Source of the DNA: Anaeramoeba ignava BMAN
Taxonomy: Eukaryota > Protista > Anaeramoebae
DNA: 64,000 nucleotides
Direction of reading: 5' to 3'
NCBI GenBank assembly: GCA_028826165.1
Contig: JAPDFW010000059.1
Coordinates: 434,001 to 498,000 of the forward strand
Part shown: piece by piece, positions 49,901 through 60,899 of the stretch
How positions within the stretch are numbered: position 1 is the stretch's first letter
Layout of the letters: each line of letters opens with the position of its first letter
Translations under genes and position numbers: made by a program
The notes under the pieces: generated by a model
The model's input: the letters and a program-made list of their open reading frames with translations, nothing else
Databases searched by the model: none
What the model was told of the DNA's origin: nothing

Positions 49901-51443
49901 ATTATTATATAAATTATTATATAAATTATTATATAAATTATTATATTAATTATTATATAAATTATTTTATAAATTATTATATAAATTATTATATAAATTA
50001 TTATATAAATTATTATATAAATTATTATATAAATTATTATATAAATTATTATATAAATTATTATATAAATTATTATATAAATTATTATATAAATTATTAT
50101 ATAAATTATTATATAAATTATTATATAAATTATTATTATTATATAAAAATTATTATATAAATTATTATATAAATTATTATATAAATTATTATATAAATTA
50201 TTATATAAATTATTATATAAATTATTATATAAATTATTTAATAAATTATTATATAAATTATTATATAAATTATTAAATAAATTATTATATAAATTATTAT
50301 ATAAATTATTATATAAATTATTATATAAATTATTATATAAATTATTATAAATTATTATATAAATTATTATATAAATTATTATATAAATTATTATATAAAT
50401 TATTATATAAATTATTTTATAAATTATTATATAAATTATTATATAAATTATTTTATATAAATTATTATATAAATTATTATATATAAATTATTATATAAAT
50501 TATTATATAAATTATTATATAAATTATTATATAAATTATTATATAAATTATTATATAAAATTATTATATAAATTATTATATAAATTATTATATAAATTAT
50601 TATATAAAATAAATTATTATATAAATTATTTTATAAATTATTTTATAAATTATTATATAAATTATTATATAAATTATTATATAAATTATTATATAAATTA
50701 TTTAATAAAATTATTATATAAATTATTTATAAAATTATTATATAAATTATTTTATAAATTATTATATAAATTATTTTATAAATTATTATATAAATTATTT
50801 TATAAATTATTATTATAAATTATTTTTATAAATTATTTTATAAATTATTATATAAATTATTATATAAATTATTATATAAATTATTATATAAATTATTATA
50901 TAAATTATTATATAAATTATTATATAAATTATTTTATAAATTATTATATAAATTATTATATAAATTATTATATAAATTATTTTATAAATTAATATATATA
51001 AATTATTTTATAAATTATTATATAAATTATTATATAAATTATTATATAAATTATTATATAAATTATTATATAAATTATTATATAAATTATTATATAAATT
51101 ATTATATAAATTATTATATAAATTATTATAAATTATTATATAAATTATTATATAAATTATTATATTAATTTTTATATAAATTATTATAAATTTAATGGTT
51201 TGTAACAAAAAAAATATTGTAAATAATTTGTAAATACTTTAAAGAACACGTTTCACAAGTTGACATTGGATCTATTGGTCCCATTCTAGGATCATAAAGT
51301 CCTCCTCTAATTGGAATATTTAATTCATCTGTAACTCTATTTGTTGTTATTTCACAACAACTAAGCTTTAAAATTTCTTCTGATTTATAAAAACCAAAAG
51401 ATACATTTTCAATTCTTGTATTAACAAATGTTCTAAGTTCCAT
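40942..51443 (-). CDS. RPA1: RNA polymerase I largest subunit, 2 exons (51238-51443, 40942-49564); 2942-aa precursor with two inteins, about 1980 aa mature
   Basis: [72 protein letters not shown]; Pol I-type FHLAG..TLGIPRLRE and KMSFETT. Confidence 0.97.
42409..43908 (-). mobile_element. Intein 2 in RPA1 (500 aa), non-canonical, with degenerate LAGLIDADG endonuclease
   Basis: Inserted after TLN; starts SVDWQEE; block B VIATKAKSF; LGFFLGIFFING and FLKGFLDA remnants; block F HVYDLTV; ends NLYD; +1 residue is Thr of TFHLAG. Confidence 0.92.
43918..45303 (-). mobile_element. Intein 1 in RPA1 (462 aa) with degenerate LAGLIDADG endonuclease
   Basis: Inserted after GEPSTQM; starts SLAYDE; block B VCATPSHSF; block F YVYDFSV; ends IVHN; +1 residue is Thr. 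Confidence 0.95.
49565..51237 (-). repeat. 1673-bp GT-AG intron of RPA1 made almost entirely of a 12-bp repeat (ATAAATTATTAT)n
   Basis: Donor AA|GTATTT and acceptor AAAAAG|T restore CETCSLNHTQCPGHFGH. Confidence 0.92.
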
Positions 51444-51449
51444 TTAAAC

Positions 51450-51500
51450 AAATTTAAAAAAAAAAAAAATGAAAAATGAAAAAATGAAAAATGAAAAAAA
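51450..51500 (-). promoter_or_regulatory. Reiterated initiator-like element (TTTCATTTT)n upstream of RPA1
   Basis: Four TCATTTTT copies between the tRNA terminator and the ATG; the same motif precedes most genes in the window. Confidence 0.6.
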
Positions 51501-51525
51501 AATTAAAAAAAAAATAAAAATTAAA

Positions 51526-51598
51526 TGATGTTGCCAAGAATCGAACTTGGGACCTTCAGTGTGTTAAACTGACGTGATAACCCCTACACCACAACACC
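51526..51598 (-). tRNA. tRNA-Val(AAC), identical to the 6068-6140 copy
   Basis: Exact reverse complement of the first copy. Confidence 0.96.
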
Positions 51599-51599
51599 A

Positions 51600-52190
51600 A
51601 TTTAAAATTATTTTTTTCTTTTTCTTATTTTTATTTTTAAAAATATTATATTATATATATTATATTTTTAATATTTAATAATTTTATTCCACTTTTTTTA
51701 TAAATAAATAACTTAATAATTAATTATAATTTAATTATATTTCTTTTTATTATTTATATTTTTAAAAATATTATATTATATATATTATATTTTTATTATT
51801 TATTAATTATATTTTATTTAGATTATTTTTATTCCACTTTTTTTATAAATAATTAAAATAATAATTAATTATAATTTAATTATATTTCTTTTTCTTATTT
51901 ATATTTTTAAAAATATTATATTATATATATTATATTTTTATTATTATTTATATTTTATTTAGATTATTTTTATTCCACTTTTTTTATTAATAATAAAATT
52001 AATAATTAATAATAATTAAATTATATTTCTTTTTATTATTTATATTTTTAAAAATATTATATTATATATATTATATTTTATTTATTTATTATTTATATTT
52101 TATTTAGATTAATTTTATTCCACTTTTTTTATTAATAAATAAATTAATAATTAATAATAATTTAATTATATTTCTTTTTATTATTTAAAT
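51600..52190 (-). repeat. About 144-bp tandem array (4 units) upstream of the second tRNA-Val
   Basis: TTCCACTTTT (AAAAGTGGAA on the tRNA strand) at about 51687, 51832, 51974, 52117. Confidence 0.85.
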
Positions 52191-52505
52191 TAAACTTCTT
52201 TTTCTTGTTTTTTTTTTTTAAATTCAAAATTTTTTTTCATTTCCAAAAATCATTTTTTTTTCTTTTCTTTTCTTTTCTCAATGAATAAATTTGTTTGGAA
52301 AGTAAATTATTAAATAAACAAAATTCACTAAAAACTATCTCTGTTTTTTTTTTCTCATCAAATTTTCTTTTTAAAATCTTAATTCTAATTATTATTTAAC
52401 AAAAATTATTGATAAAAATTACAAAAGAAAAAAACAATAGATTCACAAAATCAAAATCAAAATCAAAATCAAAATCAAAATCAAAATCAAAATATAAATC
52501 AAAAT

Positions 52506-52877
52506 ATGAATCAAAATATGAATAAAAATATGAATCAAATTGAATACCAAAGATATCAACAATACGCAGAATATCAAAGATATCAATATGCAGAATATCA
52601 AAGATATTTATATTTCTTACAACTTCAACAAATGCAAAGACAACAATTAGCATACCAATTACAACAATTCCAACAAAAATTTCCTTATTCATCTTCTTCT
52701 TCACATTTCTTTGCAAATTGTTATGAAACTCTCCCTAAAAATTTTAATAAAACAAATGTTATGTCTCGATATATTGATGCAACAAAAAATTTACCTCAAT
52801 CCATTTTAAATTTACGAACCAACTCACAAATAGATCAACAAAAACAAATTGAAGTTCCAACTAAAAAAACAAACTAA
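52506..52877 (+). CDS. Small Gln/Tyr-rich hypothetical protein
   Basis: 123-aa ORF with coding-like composition and EYQRYQ repeats; no homology recognised. Confidence 0.45.
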   Translation: MNQNMNKNMNQIEYQRYQQYAEYQRYQYAEYQRYLYFLQLQQMQRQQLAYQLQQFQQKFPYSSSSSHFFANCYETLPKNFNKTNVMSRYIDATKNLPQSILNLRTNSQIDQQKQIEVPTKKTN

Positions 52878-53009
52878 AGAGAAAAAAAACCTTTTTTATT
52901 TTTAATTATTTTTTTTTTTAGTTTATTTTTTTTTTAATTAAATATAAAAAAATTTTTTTTTTTTTTAGTTTTTCATTTTTTTTCTTTTTATTTTTCTTTT
53001 CTTAATAAG

Positions 53010-55841
53010 ATGAATAATTTTCTATTCTGTTTGGATAACTCATTCAATAAATCTCAAGAAAATCAAGACTCAATCCAAAAACAAAAACTTTTTCTTGCAC
53101 AATTTTTTGCTTTTATGAACAAAAAAAATATTCCTATTCAAGTCGCACTTTTCAATTTAGAATCCGAAAATCCAGTTTTACTTCAAGAATTTACAAAAGA
53201 AGAAAAAGAGATTGAAAATTCATTTGAAAAATTAAGCTTAATTGAGAAAAAAATTGATATTGGAAACTATTTAAACGAAGTTATTGATTATCTAGAGTCT
53301 TCCAATTCAGATTCACCAACAGAAATTATGGTTCTAGTCTTTCACAGATGCTTTTTTGCATCCAAGTTGAATGTCAAAGAAGATTTGCTGAGCAAAATAT
53401 CTATTTGTGTCATTGATTTTACGGTTGAACTTGATAACTTTATGATTTTCAACGAGTTAAAAAAGATTTTGCCTCATTTTAAATCATTTCGAATTTCTTT
53501 CAATGAGAATAATCTAATTGACGATTCTAAGCTTGAAGAAGTGTTTATTTTGAGTGAAAAAAAACACGAAAAAAAACAAGAACCACAAAAGAAAACAAAT
53601 ATTGATCACGATTCATACATTCGAACATATACCCAATCATCCCTTTTCTCTCCGTTCAAAAAGCTCAAATCCAAAGAAAATCCGTTGATCAAATCTTCCC
53701 AAATCCAAAAAAGAGTCCAACAAGAAATTGCAAAACAACAAGAATATGATTTTGACGAATTAATTTCCGATCCAAAAAAAACCCAGATCAAAATCAATCT
53801 CCAAAATTTAACCAGCTTGCTCAAAGAAGTCGATTCACATATTCAAGAAATCAAAACCCAATCAGACGAGATCGTCAATCGATATACAGAGTTATCTTTG
53901 AGTTTTATTGAATCAAACATCACAAAAGCTTTGGAGGATACAAATCAAGCAACACAAACGGACGCAAACTCAAAAGAATCAATTGAAATACAACTTTCAA
54001 TAGTCCTCTCATTTTTGGATGAATCAGAAATGAATGAATTCATGTCAAATCAGGAAAAGAACGCAGAAACTCCAAACCCTGAAATTGATCCCACCCAAAA
54101 CAAAGAAAAAGCCCAAGAACAACCAAAAGAAGTCAGAAAAGGGATGAATGATTTGGTTCAGGACAATCCAAAAAACCAAGAAGGAAACCAAAGTAAATAT
54201 GTTTTTAATCAAGACTCAGATTCAGATCCAGATAATGGATTTCAACATCCAGTTATGCGTATTCCCTCTAATCATTTCATGGATTCAGATTCAGATTCAG
54301 ATTCAGATTCAGATTCAGATCCAGATAATGGATTTCAACATCCAGTTATGCGTATTCCCTCTAGTCATTTCATGGATTCAGATTCAGATTCAGATTTAGA
54401 TTCAGATTCAGATTCAAATCCAGATTATACAAATTTCATGAAAAAATATTCAGATAAAAAGGATCACTCGAATCCCCATTTTGATGATCCAAGAATGGGA
54501 ATGGGAATGGGAATGAGAATGGGAATGGATAGGGATATGATAATGGGAATGAGAATGGGAATGGGAATGGGAATGGATAGGGATATGGGAATGGGAATGG
54601 GAATGGGAATGGATAGACATCTTCCAAGAATGGGAATGGGAATGGGTATGGGTATGGGAATGGGAATGGGAATGGGAATGGGTATGGGTATGGGTAATTT
54701 TGAAAAAGATCCCTTGAGTGATATTAAAGACTTCGAAAAACAAGTCGAAGGCGAATTTAAAAGACAAGAGGATTTTTGGAAAGAAGTCCAGAAAAAAGTC
54801 CCTTCTGACCCCATCTTTTGTTCAGATGAAAAAAATACAATTACAATCCAAAATAATATCCAACTTTTATATCATTATTTAGATGAAATTTCTTCAAAAT
54901 TGCAAGAAAATATAAAAAAAAAAGAAATTCAAGCAAATAAATTGAAAGAACAAGAGGATCATTTAAAGAAAAGACAAGAAGAAATTCAACCAAAAAAAAA
55001 AGAAGATAAAGATGAAAATGAAAATAAAAAAGAAGATAAAGATGAAAATGGAAAAGAAGATGAAAATAAAGATGAAAATGAAGATAAAGATAAAGATGAA
55101 GATAAAGATGAAAATGGAAAAGAAGATGAAAATAAAGATAAAGATAAAGATAAAGATAAAGATAAAAATAAAGATAAAGATGAAGATGAAGATAAAGATG
55201 AAGATGAAAATAAAGATAAAGATAAAAATGAAGATGAAAATAAAGATGAAGATAAAGATAAAGATAAAGATAAAGATGAAGATAAAGATAAAGATAAAGA
55301 TAAAGATAAAGATAAAGATAAAGATGAAAATGAAAATAAAGCCAAAATTTATTTGAATTTTGATATAAATGAAACCCGTAAAAAATTGGAAAAAGGAAAA
55401 AAGAAGGAAAAAATTCTAATTCAAATTCATGATATTTATGATTCTCTTAAAACTAAAGTTGAAACTCGAATTTCTGAATGGATTGATTGGAACTCAAAGC
55501 TTGATTCTGGGAAACCGCTTACTGAAGAACAACTGATAAAAAGACAAAAAGAGAAAAAAGAAGAAGAAGAAAAAAAAATGTTTTCAATGAAAGATACTTC
55601 TTTAATAACTATGAATGATCTTGCTATGAGTGAAGATTATGAAGATGAAGATGATGATGATGATATTATTTATGATTCTGATGATGATGACGACGAAGAT
55701 TATAATGATGATGATTCTGGTGATGATAATTCTGGCGATGATAATTCTGGTGATGATAATGATGGTGATGATAATTCTGGTGATGATAATGATGGTGATG
55801 ATAATGATGGTGATGATAATTCTGATGATGGTTCTGATTAA
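53010..55841 (+). CDS. Hypothetical protein with a degenerate vWA-like N-terminus and low-complexity (DS, MG, DK, D/G) tracts
   Basis: 943-aa intronless [11 protein letters not shown] start and alternating strand/helix pattern suggest v[19 protein letters not shown] is duplicated. Confidence 0.7.
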   Translation: MNNFLFCLDNSFNKSQENQDSIQKQKLFLAQFFAFMNKKNIPIQVALFNLESENPVLLQEFTKEEKEIENSFEKLSLIEKKIDIGNYLNEVIDYLESSNSDSPTEIMVLVFHRCFFASKLNVKEDLLSKISICVIDFTVELDNFMIFNELKKILPHFKSFRISFNENNLIDDSKLEEVFILSEKKHEKKQEPQKKTNIDHDSYIRTYTQSSLFSPFKKLKSKENPLIKSSQIQKRVQQEIAKQQEYDFDELISDPKKTQIKINLQNLTSLLKEVDSHIQEIKTQSDEIVNRYTELSLSFIESNITKALEDTNQATQTDANSKESIEIQLSIVLSFLDESEMNEFMSNQEKNAETPNPEIDPTQNKEKAQEQPKEVRKGMNDLVQDNPKNQEGNQSKYVFNQDSDSDPDNGFQHPVMRIPSNHFMDSDSDSDSDSDSDPDNGFQHPVMRIPSSHFMDSDSDSDLDSDSDSNPDYTNFMKKYSDKKDHSNPHFDDPRMGMGMGMRMGMDRDMIMGMRMGMGMGMDRDMGMGMGMGMDRHLPRMGMGMGMGMGMGMGMGMGMGMGNFEKDPLSDIKDFEKQVEGEFKRQEDFWKEVQKKVPSDPIFCSDEKNTITIQNNIQLLYHYLDEISSKLQENIKKKEIQANKLKEQEDHLKKRQEEIQPKKKEDKDENENKKEDKDENGKEDENKDENEDKDKDEDKDENGKEDENKDKDKDKDKDKNKDKDEDEDKDEDENKDKDKNEDENKDEDKDKDKDKDEDKDKDKDKDKDKDKDENENKAKIYLNFDINETRKKLEKGKKKEKILIQIHDIYDSLKTKVETRISEWIDWNSKLDSGKPLTEEQLIKRQKEKKEEEEKKMFSMKDTSLITMNDLAMSEDYEDEDDDDDIIYDSDDDDDEDYNDDDSGDDNSGDDNSGDDNDGDDNSGDDNDGDDNDGDDNSDDGSD

Positions 55842-55844
55842 TCT

Positions 55845-56175
55845 TTAATGATTTTATTGATTTTATTGATTTTATTGATTTTATTGATTCAAATGATTTT
55901 ATTGATTTCAATGATTTTATTGATTTTATTGATTCAAAATGATTTTATTGATTTAAATGATTCAAATGATTTTATTGATTTAAATGATTTTATTGATTTT
56001 ATTGATTTTATTGATTTTATTGATTTTATTGATTCAAATGATTCAAATGATTCTATTGATTTTATTGATTTTATTGATTTTATTGATTCAAATGATTCAA
56101 ATGATTCTATTGATTCAATTGATTTTATTGATTTTATTGATTTAAATGATTTTATTGATTCAAATGATTCTATTG
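55845..56175. repeat. 9-bp microsatellite (GATTTTATT/GATTCAAAT)n between convergent genes
   Basis: Direct inspection. Confidence 0.85.
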
Positions 56176-56336
56176 CAAAATTCTTTAAAAACAATTTTTT
56201 TTTCAATTTCCTTTTTTCTTGCTTTTTTTTTAAAAAAAAAGAAAAATTTTTTCTCATTTATTCTTATTTGAAAAAAAAAAAGAAAAACCAAATCAAATAA
56301 AAGGTTATTTGATTATTAATTCATTTTGTAAATTAA

Positions 56337-58444
56337 TTAAACTTCTTGATAAGATTGGAAACGTTTTTTGCAAGTAAAAGTAAGTGCAAAACCATCTCCA
56401 ATTAAACTTGGAAAATCTTTCCAAAAAGTTAAATTTGGAATTATATTTACTCCTTTTGATTTTTTAAAAATTCCTTTATAACCTATTCCAATACCACAAT
56501 AAAGAACTGATCCACAAGAGATTCTTTTATATTTTTTTTGTATTTTTTTTGTATTTTTTTTATAACAAGAAAATGAACAAAAAAAAAATTTATTATTTTT
56601 AAAAAAATAAAGAAAGATTTGGAATATTTATTTTTTTTTTTCTCAATTTTTAAAAAGTGAGAAAAATTTTTTTTTCTTACATTATAATAAATATCCAACC
56701 TCCAGATAGTTTCGAATTGGTTTCATTTGATTGACAAGCATGTTTTGTAGATATTTGAAAAAGTAATACATTAGTTGAATCTTGAGTAAAGTTATCGAAA
56801 GCTTGAAATTGATATAAAATTGATTTAAAATTGATATAAAATTGATTTAAAATTGATATAAAATTGATTTAAAATTGATTTAAAATTGATTTAAAATTGA
56901 TTTAAAATTAATATAAAATTGATTTAAAATTGATTTAAAATTGATATAAAATTGATTTAAAATTAATATAAAATTGATTTAAAATTAATTTAAAATTGAT
57001 TTAAAATTAATTTAAAATTGATTTAAAATTGATTTAAAATTGATTTAAAATTGATATAAAATTGATTTAAAATTGATATAAAATTGATATAAAATTGATT
57101 TAAAATTAATATAAAATTGATATAAAATTGATATAAAATTGATTTAAAATTGATTTAAAATTAATATAAAATTGATTTAAAATTAATTTAAAATTGATTT
57201 AAAATTGATTTAAAATTGATATAAAATTGATTTAAAATTGATTTAAAATTGATTTAAAATTGATTTAAAATTGATATAAAATTGATTTAAAATTGATTTA
57301 AAATTGATTTAAAATTGATATAAAATTGATTTAAAATTGATTTAAAAATTGATATAAAATTGATTTAAAATTGATATAAAAATTGATATAAAATTAATAT
57401 AAAATTAATTTAAAATTAATATAAAATTAATATAAAATTGATTTAAAATTAATATAAAATTAATATAAAATTGATTTAAAATTGATTCAAAATTGATTTA
57501 AAATTGATTTAAAATTGATATAAAATTGATATAAAATTGATATAAAATTGATTTAAAATTAATATAAAATTGATTTAAAATTGATTTAAAATTGATTTAA
57601 AATTGATATAAAATTGATATAAAATTGATTTAAAATTGATTTAAAATTGATTTAAAATTAATATAAAATTAATATAAAATTGATATAAAATTGATATAAA
57701 ATTGATTTAAAATTGATTTAAAATTGAATTACAAATTATTTTCCCACCAACTTTTTCATCACATCCAAAACTAATCTAAAAAAAAATAAATACAAAATTG
57801 TAAAATTAATATTATATAAAATAATAAAATTAATAATAAAAATCAATTCCAAAAAAAAAATAAATATATAATAAATACTCTTAATATTTGATTAGTTTGA
57901 CCTGGATATTCAACATAAAATCCATAACTTTTATCATTAGGATTAACAAATTTCCAAGTTCCTGGTTGTTTTCCAAACTAAATTTAAACAAAAAAAGGAA
58001 GAAGAAGAAGAGCAAATTTTTAAAAATTTTTGACATTTTGAAAAATGATTTACATAACTACAAGTTGAACCAGTTTCATTAATAAATTCATGATTTAAAA
58101 TTCCCATAAGATTATTATTTGAATCAACAACATTTAAACAACAAGAACATAAATTATTTTCTTCAAAATCAGAATCAATTAAAGTAGAACAAATTCTAAA
58201 AAAAAAGTAATAAAATTTTTGAAAAATAATTGGATCTGGAGAACTGTAAATCCAAAAACTAAAAATATAATTTAAAATATAATTAAAAATATAATTAAAA
58301 ATTTAATTAAAAATATAATTTATTTTTTTTAGTTTACGTTTCATCTAAATCGCTTAAATCAAATTCATCAAAGCCACATGGTTTTGTTTTAACAAAAGTA
58401 GAAAAAATGCAAAAAAAACCAAAAAAAAACAAAAAGTAATTCAT
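56337..58444 (-). CDS. Mannose-6-phosphate receptor (MRH)/ATG27-family type I membrane protein, about 6 exons
   Basis: Signal peptide; YYFFFRICSTL, ISFGCDE, FQISTKHAC; TM from LSGGWIFII; tail IPNLTFWKDFPSLIGDG...YQEV (YxxPhi). Not in the ORF track; reconstructed by splicing. Confidence 0.82.
56810..57730. repeat. 11-bp repeat (AAAATTGAT[T/A]T)n filling an intron
   Basis: About 80 units, by direct inspection. Confidence 0.92.
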
Positions 58445-58830
58445 TTTATTTATTTTATAATTAAATTATTTAAAAAAAAAAAAAAGTAAATTGAAAAATG
58501 ATTTTAAAAAATTAATTACAAGATGATGTCATCACGAAAAAAAAAAATTTTAATTAAAAAATAAATAAAAAAAAAATTAATTAAAAAATTAATTAAAAAT
58601 TAAATAATGATATCATCACGAGATCTCTTGTTTATTTTTTTATTTATAATTTTAATTTAAATTTAAATTAAACATTAAATTAAAAAAAAAAAATTTAAAA
58701 AAAAAAAATTTTAAAATAATTCTTTTCATTATTCTTTTTTATCTATTTTTTTATCTATTTTTTTATCTATTTTTTTTTTTAAAAGCAAAACAATTCAAAA
58801 AAAAATTTTTTATCATTTTCAAAATTCCCA

Positions 58831-60284
58831 ATGAATATTAAAAGTTTTTTAAATCCATTTACTTTTGATGAGAATGAAGAAGATGATTTCGAAGATTTCA
58901 ATGATATTGTTAGACCCAATTATCTTGATTGGAATTCAAAAATCAGTAAAAGTACAGAAAGTTATGAACAAACAAAAGAACAAGAATCACTTCAATATTT
59001 TTTTGATTCAGTGAATAATTTCTCTGAAAAAACCAATAATCAAAAATTAACTGAACCCGAAGATGAATTTAGTTTTGAGTCCAATTCCAATTTTGATTTC
59101 AATTTGATTTCTAATAAAAATCAATTTGAAAATCAAAATCAAAATCAAAATCAAAATCAATTTGAAAATCAAAATCAAAATCAAAATCAAATTGAAAATC
59201 AAAACCAAAATCAAAATCAAAATCAAATTAAAAATCAAAACCAAAATCAAAATGAAAATCAAAACCAAAATCAAAATCAAAATCAAAATCAAAATCAAAA
59301 TCAAATTCAAATTCAAAATCAAAATCAAAATCAAAATCAAAATCAAAATCAAAATCAACAAATATTACAAAACACAAATCCTCGTTTTTTGGAAACTGAA
59401 TGGCTTTCCAAACTACAATTTCAAGATAACTACTTAGATACTTTTTATGTTGAAAACCTTATTACTTCTTTTCCAAAAATTCAAAAAATACAGATCAAAA
59501 TATAAATCAAAATATAAATCAAAATATAAATCAAAATACAGATCAAAATATAAATCAAAATATAAATCAAAATACAGATCAAAATATAAATCAAAATACA
59601 AATCAAAATACAAATCAAAATATAAATCAAAATATAAATCAAAATATAAATCAAAATATAAATCAAAATACAAATAAGCATATAAATCAATATTCAGATC
59701 AAATTGAAATCTTTAAACTTCCAAAAAATAAACCATTTGGATTTGAATACAAACATGAACACAATTTAGAAAACAAAATAAAAGAACAAAATCCAATAAC
59801 CACAAAAAATGAAATAATGACTCAACTAATTGAACCACTTCAAAAACAACAAAAAAACGAGATCACAACTGAACAAAAAGAAAAACAAGAAGAAAAAACA
59901 CAAGAAGAATCAATTGGTGATATTTTGGATCAATCACAAATAAATCCCGAATTAATAAACTATTTCCTTCAAAAACCAAAACCATGCATTGGAAAAAGAT
60001 TAGATAAATTAGCGAGCTATTATCAACAACACATCACAGGATGGAACAAAGATACATATCAAAAATATCTTGATTGTGGAGATAAACCTTCTCTTGTTGA
60101 AATCAATAATGATATTTTTGTTTTAATGGCAAAATTAACTTGGCCTAACAGAAAAAGTCCAGAATTTTATAAACAAAAAGCTTATAATTCAAGAAGAGGA
60201 ATTTCCAAATTTCTTAAAAGAGCTTTTCAACTTGAAAACAAAACTCAATACAAACATGGAAGATTAGTTTATAGAAAAGATTAA
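58831..60284 (+). CDS. NQ-rich protein with a basic C-terminal, possibly ETS-like winged-helix domain (frameshift near 59487)
   Basis: ORF 58831-59505 joins ORF 59817-60284 through the TDQN/INQN 12-bp repeat if one A is added to an A-run; the intervening frame is stop-free. Confidence 0.6.
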
Positions 60285-60667
60285 TTCCCTTCTTTCTTTC
60301 TTTCTTTCTTCTTTAATTCAATCCAATCCAATCCAATTTCGATTTTGTTCTTTTTTTTTTCTTTTGTTTAAAATAATTTTTTTTTTCTTCTTTTTTTTTG
60401 ATCAAATTTAACTTGAAGAAATAAAAAAAAGCAAAAAAAAAAATAAACAAATTTTTAATTTTAATTTAAACTTAATTAATTAAAAATAAAACTTTTTATT
60501 TTTATTATTAGTTTTATTTTTGGAAATGAAAAAATTTTTTTTCATTTTTTTTTTCTTTTCATTTTTTTTTCTTTTTCCTTTTCCCTTTTATTATTTTAAA
60601 AATATATAAAAAAAAATATCTTCTTAAAAATAAAATAAAAACAAAAAAAAAAACAACTTTTGTTCTT

Positions 60668-60847
60668 ATGACAGAAGAACAAATTACATTTAAATTCCTT
60701 TTAATTGGAACTTCCAGAGTTGGAAAGAGTTCAATACTTCTTCGATTTTGCGATAATAAATTCAATGAAAGTATTGGAATTACAATAGGAGTTGATTTTA
60801 AATTTGGTGAAGTTATGGTTGACAACAAGAATATTAAAATGGAAATT
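60668..60847 (+). CDS. Rab GTPase (Rab18/Rab1-like), exon 1 only
   Basis: FKFLLIGTSRVGKSSILLRF..ITIGVDFK..IKMEI|GTAAAT; the rest of the gene lies beyond the window. Confidence 0.85.
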
Positions 60848-60899
60848 GTAAATTAACTTTTAATTTTTTCTAATAAAAAAACAAACCAAAACAAATCAA

